From NCBI GenBank assembly GCA_000091205.1, contig AP006485.2: a stretch of 64,000 bases of DNA; one strand, written 5' to 3'. The notes beneath the pieces are model-generated. The model made no database searches, had not been told where the DNA came from, and worked only from the letters and a program-made list of their open reading frames with translations. The stretch is from Cyanidioschyzon merolae (lineage: Eukaryota). This document shows, one piece after another, positions 11,063 to 22,660 of the stretch. How positions within the stretch are numbered: position 1 is the stretch's first letter; every line of letters begins with the position of its first letter. The position numbers and the translations under genes are program-made.

Positions 11063-11377
11063 CTAGAAAGCAGGTCCACCTTTCGTCTTCTGGACGTCGC
11101 TGAGCTCAAAGTGCTTGCAGCGTTTCAGAACGCGCTGAACGATGCGTTTGCACTCGACGCACTGCATTTTCACAACAATCTTCTTCGTCGTCTTTGCCTT
11201 TTTGCGGAAAACAGGTTTTGTCTGCCCGCCGTAACCGCTCTGCTTTCGATCATACCGCCGTTTCCCCTGTGCGTACAATGAGTCCTTTCCCTTCTTGTAC
11301 TGGACCTGCTTGTGCAGGGTGTGCTTCTTACAAGCACCTGGACAGAAAGTCCGCCGCGACTTGGGACATATGACCAT
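11063..11377 (-). CDS. RPL36A: 60S ribosomal protein eL42 (L44e/L36A)
   Basis: [77 protein letters not shown]...KRCKHFEL is near-identical to eukaryotic eL42. Confidence 0.95.
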   Translation of the reverse strand: MVICPKSRRTFCPGACKKHTLHKQVQYKKGKDSLYAQGKRRYDRKQSGYGGQTKPVFRKKAKTTKKIVVKMQCVECKRIVQRVLKRCKHFELSDVQKTKGGPAF

Positions 11378-12094
<717 letters not shown>

Positions 12095-12333
12095 AGACAC
12101 TCAGTGTTCAAAAAATTCGTGTCGGTGGACGTGGGATGTGCGGTGTACCAGCCAGGACGCCGTGGAAAGCAGCCTCGTTGCGTGTATGTGCACAAGTGCC
12201 CGTGCGCCGAGTTGCCCGCGCGTGGGCACGAAGCGCGCACCTTGCTCTGCAGCTTGCTGACCATCGCTAGCTAGTTGGTGTAAAATGCTTCGTTTGGCCT
12301 CCATTTTTTGTACATCAAGTAGGAACCCTTCGT

Positions 12334-13743
12334 TTACGCGGGAAAGTGCACTTGCTTGCCATCGAGCAGGAAGCTCACGCGAGCTCGCGACTTTCCCGCG
12401 CGCTGCGTTATTGGTGCCGGGCACCGCCCAGTATTCTCATGGGCTTCCGAACGACGCCTGGATTCCAAACTACGCCGAGCAAGTGCCGTTTGCCATGCCA
12501 GCTTTTGCAGCTTCCTTGTTTTCCGCTCTTGCGCTTTTGCAGCCAACGCGGCGGCGTGCGCGAACTCCTTCTCGCGAGCATCGCTGATGCTCTGCTCGAG
12601 CATGCTCGCCACGCGATGTGCAACTGTTTGCTCGGTGTGCTTGTCGACCCATTTGCGATCAGCGCGCTGATGACTTTCATCTTTCACGACGCCACTCTTT
12701 GCTCGTTTGATCAGGGCAGCAAGCCGCTGTTTGCGTCTAATTTCTTGGCCCGTACCCTGCAGAACGACTGCGTGCATCATTTCCCGTAACAGTGTGCGAG
12801 CGTATGTAGCGTTGTTTCTCGCCGTCGCTATTCTACGCCAGAGAGCGCCGGGATCTGCTGTACGACTTAGATAGAGCCGACGCACTTGTCTGAGTGCCCG
12901 TAGGATTTGCGGGTGCGAAGCGTGTTCGAGAAAATCAGCGAGACCCGGAACCAGCTCGCTGGAACCGTGGCTGGCCACATCCGATGATGTGTCCCCGGAA
13001 GAGGCCAGTTCGGATGTGTTTTTCGTCAATGGTGGAAAGTTGGCTGCAAGTTCCGCAAAATCCTGTTGGTTGCTGGGCTCATGAGCCGGCGTTGCTGGCC
13101 ATGGGGATGCTGCGGACCCCGCCTGAGCACCCTCTACAGCTGGTTTCGGTGTCGAGGAACCTAAACGCGTTCGCTTCGGTTCCGGCACCTCGCAACTGGA
13201 GTGGCAAGTCTCGTCTTTGGTAGAACCGGCGGACTGCGACTCGGGTCCAGTGTCCTCTGCTGCGGTGTGCAACGTCACCAGTGACTCAGAAAGCGTCTTG
13301 GGGTTCGCTTTCCTCGACTCAGGCGTTTGCTCGACTGTGTTCGCTAAGCTTTGCTGACTCGCTGGTGCCGAGCGTTCACAGCGCCCGGCTGTTTCCTGAG
13401 AGGTCTCGTTCGGTGCCGCGCGCTTTGCCGGGCCCACCGACGCAGCACGGCGGAAGTGGAGCCACAAAGTTCCCGTGCGCGACTTGTAAAACACATCGGC
13501 ACTTTGCGGCTCGATGCGTACATGATTGGGTAAGATAATATCTGTCGGTGGACGATCCTTATTCCCAGCAACGCTGACGCTCACTCGCGTTCGTGTGGCC
13601 TGGATCTCGAGTCGTTGCTCGGGCGTTCGCCGAGGTACACTCACTCGAAGCCGAACCTGGTCCTCTTGGACTTGTAGTGACCAGGGGTTCCCGGCTGCCA
13701 TCGTCATCAGAGACAATGGAACAGGCAGCGCCCCGTAAAACAC
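12334..13743 (-). CDS. Hypothetical protein. Possible N-terminal CS/p23-like beta-sandwich, a central S/T/P-rich disordered region and a helical K/R/E-rich C-terminus.
   Basis: 469-aa ORF with coding-like composition. No confident family match. Confidence 0.4.
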   Translation of the reverse strand: MFYGALPVPLSLMTMAAGNPWSLQVQEDQVRLRVSVPRRTPEQRLEIQATRTRVSVSVAGNKDRPPTDIILPNHVRIEPQSADVFYKSRTGTLWLHFRRAASVGPAKRAAPNETSQETAGRCERSAPASQQSLANTVEQTPESRKANPKTLSESLVTLHTAAEDTGPESQSAGSTKDETCHSSCEVPEPKRTRLGSSTPKPAVEGAQAGSAASPWPATPAHEPSNQQDFAELAANFPPLTKNTSELASSGDTSSDVASHGSSELVPGLADFLEHASHPQILRALRQVRRLYLSRTADPGALWRRIATARNNATYARTLLREMMHAVVLQGTGQEIRRKQRLAALIKRAKSGVVKDESHQRADRKWVDKHTEQTVAHRVASMLEQSISDAREKEFAHAAALAAKAQERKTRKLQKLAWQTALARRSLESRRRSEAHENTGRCPAPITQRAGKSRARVSFLLDGKQVHFPA

Positions 13744-14585
13744 GCTCCTGCTTTAGCGAAACGTCTGCTTGCAGGCGGCACGGCACTCAAGGAGGTCGAA
13801 ACTCCGGAAGCAAAAGAGCACCAGGTTCTGTATTGGCCGCCACGCTCCTGCCTGTGGACGCTACTGAAATCGGCAGCGTGCGAGACTCGATTCAGTCCAA
13901 GTGTTGATTATGGATGAGATTTCATCATCTCTAGCAGCACAAATGGAGAGGTATCGCGCACATCAGGCGCAAGCGGGACTATACAGCGACCTTTGGCAGT
14001 GGTAAGATTCCAGGGCGCTCTCGGCGTCGTTCGTGGAACGCGTGTCCCTCCATTCGTTGTTTCTTTCTATGACTCTTTTACGATCGCCTTTTCTGGTAGA
14101 TTCACAGTCGGCTGGAATCTAGGCTCGGCTCGGCTCGGAGGGAGCGGTGTTGCCTGGAGGTCAACAACCGCAGCACATTGTCTGCTGCATGCCGAGAAGC
14201 GCGTAGGTGACGGCAACGGCACGGCGCTTGTGACTCACACATCCGGCCGGGAGTCAGACTGCGTAGCCTCGAAGCGTGACCCAATCTCGATACTTCTCGT
14301 TGACCTGGAATATCTTGATGGCTGCAAACCGAACCGCGAGGTATCGAGCATTGAGCAAGCAGCGCTGGGCTCTGCATTCTGAAGAATACGACCTCCTACG
14401 AAACGTTACACATCAGTCAGTTGAAACGGGGACGAACACGCAGTTGCTGCTCTCAGTCTCTCTCTCTCTACGGTAGCTGGCGCAGCAGCACGTGAAATAT
14501 GTGCATTGGGGGAAAAGATCAGTTTGTGCCAGCACGCTGGACGGACGGCATCCAGTCGTCTAGGCGAACGTGACCGTCTCTATGG

Positions 14586-14609
14586 AGCAGCAGCAGCAGC
14601 AGCAGCAGC
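14586..14609. repeat. (CAG)8 trinucleotide repeat
   Basis: The sequence agcagcagcagcagcagcagcagc is read directly. Confidence 0.9.
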
Positions 14610-15325
14610 GCCTTCATGCTGCGCGGGTTTGAGGAACGTTCGCTAAAAGCCACAAACATCGCCAAAGAGGTTTCTCCAGCCCGCGACGATCGATATCTCT
14701 AACCGGGGATGCTCTTACGCATATTCCAGGCTCCTGTAAACTATAGGTAAGGATTCACTCCACGTAGTACCGGGATGACTTCTCCGTAACGCTAACGCAT
14801 CATGTATCTGTCAAGACATGCATACTTGCGTGCTTGCATATGTGGATACGCTGGCCCGTGCTCGCCATGGCGATAACCGGCCGTGGTCCCGTTCCTCTCC
14901 TACAAATCGCGTAGCATCCAAAGCACAGAGACAGCGAGTATGTCGTTGGTGCAGCCGCTAATGAACTTGCTCGACCTCTACGTCGTGGCTTCAGTGCATC
15001 GCGGCTTTTGCGGTCGATGCCCCGGGGCTCGTGTCCGTTTTCGCGCACCAAAGCGTCCGAACAGAGCGGTTTGAAAAGCTTCGCTGCAAACGAGTCCGGT
15101 AATCAGTCACTTGTGGGTTTCGACGATCGATTCGGCAGCTTCTGCCAGGAAACCAAGACGATTCAGAACACGCTCTGATCTTCGTTCCATGCTGCGAGGG
15201 CGCGCCCATAGACCAGGGATGCACGCAATCCCAGCGAATTCAGGGATCCGATCATCATCAGCATCAATAATAATAATAACGGCAGCGGAAGGCGTCCTCG
15301 CTGAACCTCCCAGGTACGGCACCTC

Positions 15326-16342
15326 CTAGTCGACGCTGAATACGGACGCCGATGTCGAGGGAGAGGGACGTTCTCCGAGCTCGGCGCCAAGGTGGGTCGA
15401 TGGTGCTGTCGCCAAGTCGACCGAACGGAGCACATCCGCCCAGGCGATCAGCTGCTGGCACCTTGCACAATGCACCGACTCTGGGAGCAAGCGCTCTGCA
15501 CATGCATACTGTACAATGCACTGCAAATGAAACGATGCGGTACAGTGGAGGCAGTAGCCGGTCGCCTGCGGATACCGCTTACGACGGCCTTTTTCAACAA
15601 ACTGCTCACGAGTAAAGCAGACGCAACAAAGCGTTGACAAGTCTCGGCGGCGATGAAGACTGCCGATGCCGTCCGGCTGCTTCGCCACGGCCTCCACCAC
15701 GGACACATCGCGGAGGATCCGTACCGAAAGGGGCAGTGCAGCAAGCCACCGCTCACTCACGATACGTGGCTTTTGTTGATCACTCGTTCGGTGTCGGTCT
15801 GGCACCACGACACGCAAAGCGATGCAACACCACGGGCGCATGGCCAACAACCGCGCTAGCACCTGCAACCGGCCGGCTATACCATACGGCTGCTTGATGC
15901 TTGTTTCTGAACCAAGCCCAGCTTGGTGTTGTCGCTGCGTTCGACTGTTCCGAGGGTGCTGCCACTGCCACTCGAACTGCAGTGCCTGTACCTGCGAGCG
16001 GAAACCCTCGACGAAAATCAGTAATCGCCAGGGCCTAAACGCCCGAGTCCGATGCGCACCAGCCCCCTTCAGTTCTCCGTTGTGTTGACGTAAACGTCGC
16101 GACGGGTCGGTCGTGAAACCAATGTACGTCCTGTTACGCGCCCTTTTATCCGTTGACTCAGAAACAAGCAGGTAGCAGCAGTATCGCTCCGTGCTCGACG
16201 CCTCGACTTGCGTACCGCCCTCGCCTGAATCGTCGTCAGCAAACGTGCAACTGCTGAACTCGTCATGGAGACCGTAGTCCGCTTCTGTACCAGAAAATCG
16301 AGCAACAGGGTCTAGTATCATGGACCATGAGATCAATCTCAA
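15326..16342 (-). CDS. SLX1: Structure-specific endonuclease subunit SLX1 (GIY-YIG nuclease domain plus C-terminal RING/PHD-like zinc finger)
   Basis: GIY-YIG block RYCCYLLVSESTDKRARNRTYIGFTTDPSRRLRQHNGELKGAGAHRTRAFRPWRLLIFVEGFRSQVQALQFEWQWQHP. C-terminal CxxC...HLQCIVQY...CARCQQLIAW zinc-finger pattern. Confidence 0.8.
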   Translation of the reverse strand: MRLISWSMILDPVARFSGTEADYGLHDEFSSCTFADDDSGEGGTQVEASSTERYCCYLLVSESTDKRARNRTYIGFTTDPSRRLRQHNGELKGAGAHRTRAFRPWRLLIFVEGFRSQVQALQFEWQWQHPRNSRTQRQHQAGLGSETSIKQPYGIAGRLQVLARLLAMRPWCCIALRVVVPDRHRTSDQQKPRIVSERWLAALPLSVRILRDVSVVEAVAKQPDGIGSLHRRRDLSTLCCVCFTREQFVEKGRRKRYPQATGYCLHCTASFHLQCIVQYACAERLLPESVHCARCQQLIAWADVLRSVDLATAPSTHLGAELGERPSPSTSASVFSVD

Positions 16343-16495
16343 ACGTCCGTCACGTTCGATTCGTCAGTTTTCCCACGAAGATACCAGCGAGACGCCCCCG
16401 AGAGCGAACCCATTCCCCTCGTATCGATCGATCGATCCGTACCGCACATCCAGTGCGCAGATCGGCGCGAATCCGCAACGGCCGGAACACCGCCG

Positions 16496-16990
16496 GTGTC
16501 CTTGGCGCGAACGCACGCAACCACACGCGATGATGCACGCATCGCGTACGTTGCCTTGGATGCTGCTGCAGTCGTGCGTTTGCAGCGCGTGATGGAGCTC
16601 GACCTCGCCCAAGAGACGCTAGAGCGGAAGCGGGTGAGCACGCTCGTGCGCTGCGCTCTTCAACGACTGGAAGCAGAGCTGCGAGCTGGAACAGACACCG
16701 TCGCTGGAAGAGACGGACGATTCCCGAAGCTCACGCCGACTGCTTCGCGTGCTTTAACCTATTACGTTCGTTTGTTCACTTTAGAGTGCCTGCAGCGCTC
16801 TATTTTGGAAGCGGAGATAGAAGCTGGTGTCGGTGATCGAGCAGAGGAGTCGCTGGTGAACCTTGCAACAACCGAGACACCCGAGGACGTCGGCAGCAGG
16901 CACGTGTCGGCGGTGGAAAGCTCGAGGGTAGTCCGGGTTCAGCCCGAGCACGTGTTGCGCGTTATTCCCCAGCTACTGCTGGACTTTTAG
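16496..16990 (+). CDS. Hypothetical protein, divergent from SLX1
   Basis: 164-aa ORF about 150 bp upstream of the SLX1 start on the opposite strand. No recognisable domain. Confidence 0.25.
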   Translation: MSLARTHATTRDDARIAYVALDAAAVVRLQRVMELDLAQETLERKRVSTLVRCALQRLEAELRAGTDTVAGRDGRFPKLTPTASRALTYYVRLFTLECLQRSILEAEIEAGVGDRAEESLVNLATTETPEDVGSRHVSAVESSRVVRVQPEHVLRVIPQLLLDF

Positions 16991-17230
16991 TGTTGGAAGA
17001 ATTGCAACTTCAGGTGACAGAACTCGCAAAGTACCCCATGATACCAGATCCGCGAGCGTTCCAGCTACGCCACTGCCGAACACCGGTACGACTCGATGAT
17101 GCTGGCGCGATGCACGACGCTCTTTGTCTGCTAAAGCGTCCGATGACTGAATACTGCAGCGATCAACGATAGCGCCAATACCTGCACCTGGGTTGAAATT
17201 GATCTGCGCGTCCGCTGCACGTACACCCTG

Positions 17231-18358
17231 TCACTGGAGGTACTCGAAGATACTGCGTAGCCGCGTACGCGTCACCAATCCGGTCTCAGCCATCGAAGTG
17301 ACGTCCATGGTCAGATCTAAAGGCCGCCGCAGACCGCTCTCCGCTGAAAGGCCGGGCGTGATTCGCCCGGCTGCCCGATGACGGTACTCGCTCCATCGTG
17401 TCGATAAGAGACGCTGGGCGAGCGCAAAGCGATTCGTTGTTTCCGGGCACGCCAGATGAATGACGGTGGCTGTATCACCATCCATCGTGACGCGCTCGCA
17501 TCGAATAGCAGTGGCGACCTCGACAAGTGCCTCGGCCAAGTCATTCGACCATGACATATTTCGAATCTCATCGGTGAAGAGAACCAACGGCTTTTCGTGC
17601 GTTTCGATGAGAGCCGAGCGCAGAAACGCGATCGCTTTTCCATCTTCATGCGGTTGCATACCGAGCGTTAGAATAAGTGATGTACGGGCAATAACAAGAT
17701 CAGGGTGGTGTATGTTTTGCAAGGTATCCTCCATTTCTACTTTGTAGTGACCATACGGATTGAGCGGTCGGCGTGGGGCATCCGTGGTATACGGCGGGTG
17801 CGGCGGCACGCCATCGAACACCTGGTCCGTCGATATCGCGACAAAGCGGCACGAACTGCGCTCCGCACCCTCTACCATGCCTGCGAGCTTGGTTGCCTCT
17901 GCTGCGTAGAGAACATGGTCAACGATTCCAGAGCGAATGTCGTCTCCGCCTGGGCCTGCGGCACCACCGTGTTTCGGAACAGCGCAAAAAACCACCGTGA
18001 GCAACGGTCCGATTTCCGTGCTTGCTCGCTGAATCAGGTCTGAAGTAGCACGTCTATCAGCGGTGTCTAGGTAAAACCATCGTACGGAAGGAGCTTTTGA
18101 TCCAACCGGTGTGCACACTGACGGTCTTCGAGTGCGGTAGGTCGCCCAGACGGCACGAACGCCACTTACAGTTGGCGTTTCCGCAGCTTCGGCTGCCGCC
18201 CGCACAAGAGCGGAGCCGAGTTCACCGCTACCGCCGATCACGAGCAGACCACGCTGGCTCTCAGCGCTGCCATCATATGGGCGATAAACAGCACGAGCTC
18301 GCGAACCGTTCATACCAGAAACCGCAAGCGTGCTGCTGCTGCTGCTGCTGCGGGTCAA
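17231..18358 (-). CDS. NAD(P)-dependent reductase of the RmlD substrate-binding (dTDP-4-dehydrorhamnose reductase / MAT2B-like) family
   Basis: N-terminal Rossmann motif VIGGSGELG. Motifs ISTDQVFDG and PLNPYGHYK match the RmlD/MAT2B Y-x3-K catalytic region. Confidence 0.55.
   Translation of the reverse strand: MTRSSSSSSTLAVSGMNGSRARAVYRPYDGSAESQRGLLVIGGSGELGSALVRAAAEAAETPTVSGVRAVWATYRTRRPSVCTPVGSKAPSVRWFYLDTADRRATSDLIQRASTEIGPLLTVVFCAVPKHGGAAGPGGDDIRSGIVDHVLYAAEATKLAGMVEGAERSSCRFVAISTDQVFDGVPPHPPYTTDAPRRPLNPYGHYKVEMEDTLQNIHHPDLVIARTSLILTLGMQPHEDGKAIAFLRSALIETHEKPLVLFTDEIRNMSWSNDLAEALVEVATAIRCERVTMDGDTATVIHLACPETTNRFALAQRLLSTRWSEYRHRAAGRITPGLSAESGLRRPLDLTMDVTSMAETGLVTRTRLRSIFEYLQ
18331..18350. 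repeat. (CTG)6 trinucleotide repeat
   Basis: Read directly. Confidence 0.9.
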
Positions 18359-20216
18359 TGGGGCTTCGCTTGTGCGTTGCTGTTCGCGAGCGCTCGCATC
18401 AACGACGAGTGCTGTGCCAGGTGTCGCTAGTAATCGTGCTACCGGTGTTTTCTGGTGCGTGTAAACGCTCCTCAGCCTCCAGAAGGACTATACGTTGGTA
18501 TCTGCTCCACAGGCGCGCGACAGCTCCACCGCAGCCTCGCGATATCGTATGCGGTATCGACGGCAGCGATCGTGTCGGTGCCCAGGCGGCAACGCTCCGT
18601 AAACCTGCAGTACGCGCTCGACTGCACCGTGGTGTATTCGTCTTTGGCAATATTCTCTAACGACGAGGCATGTATCGATGTGGTGCAGGTGCCGTCAACC
18701 AGCGGGACACCTAACTCGCTGGGCAGCTCAACCAGTGCGTTCTCCATGCTCGCGACTCACCGATGCCCAGTGAGCCGACGCAGTTCGCAGACATCCCTCG
18801 GGTCCGGTCGTGCGTTTCAAACAAAAGTCACCGAACGATGCGCTGCTGTGCGTCGCGGGCGGTCAAGCGTAACGACGCGATGCCATGTGATGCGAAAGCA
18901 GTCGGAGGACGAGCTAGAGCCGGGTTGCGCTCGCCATGAAGATCCTCCGATATGCGAGGAATGTTTCCCAGGTCGTTGTAACGCACCGGATGCCTGTCTT
19001 CAATAGGAGAGTATTGGCCATGAGCAAATCCGTGCGACGGTCACGAAGAAACCGGCTCGATGTTTTGAGCTGGGCTCGAATCGATGCACATCGAGGGTTG
19101 CTCATGGTCTCGCATCAATGACGCCGAACTGACTTTCGGAAAGTGGCACTGACGTCCAACAGCGTCGCAAACTTTGCCCCCAGTGTAGCATGCGTAACAT
19201 CGAAAAGGTTTCTCCGCAAGCACGAATCACTCCCAGGGGCATTTCAACCGATTTTCCTGGAGTATCGCGAATGCCTTTCAAAAGTTGAAAGCAGTCGCCA
19301 GCAGTTTACAGAAGTGGCGAGTGACCCGCCCTGGACAGAACGTCTCCACCTGACGTGCAGGCGCCATCCAGATCATTTGGACCGGCTATCCACTACTGGT
19401 TTCAAATTCTCTTGTACAAATCCACTGTAAAAGGTTGCCGCACAAAAATCTGTCTCGTCAACTCCGAAAGTCTCTTCTCCATCACCGCGCATCTCGTTAT
19501 GTTGATTGCTGCGTTCAAGTCCTGGTTCACGAATTCCACACGTTTCTTGTCGTTGGTTTTACTTACTAATGCAAGTAGCCCGAACTTTCGCCCTTCTTTC
19601 TATTTGCTCTTCCGTCAGCGCTCCATACTTTGCTGTATCCTCAGGGCTCCGATGGCACTTTTGTATCTCGACCCTCTGGAGTCTACACACCGGTTCTTGG
19701 TGAATGTATGACGCTCGGAACTCATATATCGATATTGTGACAAAACGCCGTGCGCACGCCGTGTACGTTCTCGTCGTTGGAGCTGGCGTATATCCTTTTC
19801 TGGGTCATCCAGCGCCCTGCTCCGTACGCCATTATGAGTATTTGACTCTCGTCCTCCTGCAAGGCGCTCAACTGATTGAAAAGTTGGCGAATGCACGCTG
19901 CTTCCCACATTCCAAGTTCGAACGCAGACGAGCCCACTGGGGCTTTGTATACTCTTTCCACAGCGCGCCTCCCAATGAGCAGCGCGAAATTTCGTGAATT
20001 TCAGAACAGCTTGAAAGTCCGCCCCGCGGGTAGTCACCTGGCTGATCGCTTTCAGTTGCTCTCTCACTCCTGCATTCCATTTCTCAGTTTTCTTCCTCGC
20101 ATTCATTTTTCCCGATTCTCGGTTCTATCTAGCACTTGAGAGCGTTAACAGACGCACGTTTTTCTGACGAAAGTTAGCGTCAATGCCATCTTCCGCACGC
20201 TTGGGTACTGCAATGG

Positions 20217-21145
20217 TTATGATATTCGTGTTCCAAGGGTCCGCGCCAACGACCAAATCGTTCTCATGCACTCTCTGCGTCGCAAGGTCCGCCTCCTTCT
20301 TTTCTTCATGCTTCGCCACGCCAACGACAAGGTCGTTATCCTCCACTTACTTCGTCGCTGGATCCGCCTCCTTCTTTTCTTCAACCGCCGATAGTGTAGA
20401 CACAAGGTTACTCCATCAGTTTCGATCATCCCAGTGAATACCTTTTGTTTGCTCACTTTGAGACGTTTGAAATTGAAGATATTCTTCTTACTGTACGTCT
20501 CCCGGTTCTCACGGGTGAAGTCCTCCCTGCTAACATTGAACTCCGGACTGATCTCCCTCATGATGCCGTAAAGGACACCGGAGTCGATAGTCCCAAAATG
20601 TGACTTGATGTTGCACAACGGGACGACCTTGAAGCGCTTTCCCATCAGGGCAGCCTTCCGTCTCACCCATTCTTCATTTTCCCGCTGCTCAGCTCCTTTT
20701 CGGCCTTGCGTTCGAGCTCTCGGTCCAAAAACACGAAATATTGCAGGATGAGGCGATAGCACCTATCGTTATCTTTTTTCATGTCTGATACCTTTTCTTT
20801 TGTGTTGACGAGCCCCAAGACTGAACGATGCTCTTTCATAGTCGCATGGATTACAGAAGCTTCATTCGTTCGCTTTCGTGACGTCTTCTCGTCGACGAAT
20901 TCGATATCTTCTTCATTCTTACGATCGTTCCTGACGCCATTGATGATGGCCCATATTCCCTGGCGGACGAAGTCCGGGTAGGGTGCAATGATGGAGTGTT
21001 TCATGAAGCTTTTGAGGTTCGTAGTCATGAGGTTCTTCATGTTCGTGAGGTACATTCTCGCCTCGTATTCGTAAATATACCCATCATCATTGTACCGAGT
21101 ACCTTCGAAGCGGTATTCGTCGTGATTTTCGTGGACGGCATGCAC
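20217..21145 (-). pseudogene. Frameshift-split ORF inside an AT-rich island. N-terminal part at 20663-21145, C-terminal part at 20217-20762 in another frame. K/R-rich. Candidate decayed mobile-element or lineage-specific gene.
   Basis: Two overlapping minus-strand ORFs of 160 and 181 aa in different frames within a region of clearly lower GC than the flanks. Contains RRLKKRRRRIQRR basic stretches and a [17 protein letters not shown] motif. No family assignment possible. Confidence 0.3.
20241..20425. repeat. About 70-bp tandem duplication, roughly 2.5 copies, ending in ..tccgcctccttcttttcttca
   Basis: Units at 20241-20307 and 20313-20382 align with a few substitutions. A partial third copy follows. 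Confidence 0.8.
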
Positions 21146-22660
21146 TCACTCATTTTTCGTCGACGTTTTGCCCTGTACCAAGCATCAGGTGGCGAATGAA
21201 TGTCATAATGAAAAATTCCTTCATACCTCGACTGTTCCCGTGTGCGTCACTTCGTCGTACACCTCCTCCACCGAATGCATTAGCCCAGACGAGGCCTCTA
21301 TAATACTCATGGAGCACGAATCGACACGGTTTCTGATGGCCTCTTGGAACTTTTGGTTCTACGGATCCTTGATATATCCAAGAAGGCAGGCTTTCACTAC
21401 CATGTCGTCGTAGTGCAGTCTTTCATGCGGGAATTGACGTTGCGACTCCCCCGTTGTTTCTTCGTCTTTTCCAATTCTTCTTTTCTCAGTACTGTTTTTC
21501 GGTTTTCTCCATCAGCCGGCGACATCAGGCTTCCGGGTTCCTTTACTTCCACTTCCATGACTTTCCTTTTTTTGAAAACGAACACACTTTAAACGTTTCT
21601 GGTATAAACCGCGAAAAATAACTTGAATATACAAACGTGAAATTTGAAAAGTAATTGAAATGAAAAACTGTATTTTTAGACGTCTTCTGCGCCAGTACAA
21701 CTTGTAGGTTAGAGCAACAAGTCAACGAATGGCCAGGCTCGCGCTTCCCTTCATTGGCGAGATACACGTCGAGTCTCATGCCTGCCAGACAAGGCGGTGC
21801 CAGTTTTCGACCGTACTATATAGAAAACAGACCAGAGACTATCCACGAACTAGCAACGAGATAAGAATTTCTTTCGCCCTCTACGATTAACGTTACAAGA
21901 GGCAAAACTTGTTCCGCATTGCCAAAAATGTACCTTATGGGAGCAACGTCCCGTTATCCAAACGAGTCCTCCAGGCTCGAGCTCTCTGCGCTCCCAGTGA
22001 CGGGTGCTCTGGTGAGAGGCCTGAGCAACTCGTCCACAACGCAGTTTACGCTGGAACTAGGAGCAGGATGCTGCGTCAGGGCATCGTCCTGGTCGCAGTG
22101 GACTACTAGTAGATCCCTTCGCGCTTTCGCAAACAGTACGCCTGTCTGCGCAGCTTGCTGGCTCCCAGAACGATAACTAGCCGTGTTCGCGTATCAGATG
22201 TAGCGTTCCTCAAGCCGATGCCTTCAGTGGGACTGCCAACACAGTTCTGTCTTCGTGATGCATCTGAACCAACGGTAAAGGCGCAATCGCGGACGATCAT
22301 GCCGTGCGCACGACCCACGATAGAACGTACAATTCAACCAGTATGCCCGGGTCTACGTATGGGTAATGGAACTGAAAAGTAGGGCGTGGATCGATGGATG
22401 CTTTACTGCGCGCTGAAAACAACCAAAAAAGAAACGAGAAGAAAGTAGAGAAAAAGCGGACAGCCGAAGAGCGCCGGCCTATGTGAGATCGATTTGTCTA
22501 TTTAAGAAAAATCGACAGCCAGCAGCGACACATCGAGAGGCGTTGGACACGCGCGCCTTGCGAACCTCCGCAGACCTGCGCAGATACCGCACACAGACGC
22601 TTTCGCACGCGTATATGGATACGTTGCTGTGACCTGCGCTGTGCGCGACCTCGGGACCCG

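Noticed and set aside
16990-17172. Short ORFs between the 16.5-kb hypothetical gene and the RmlD-like gene
   Set aside because: Below any reasonable size or conservation threshold.
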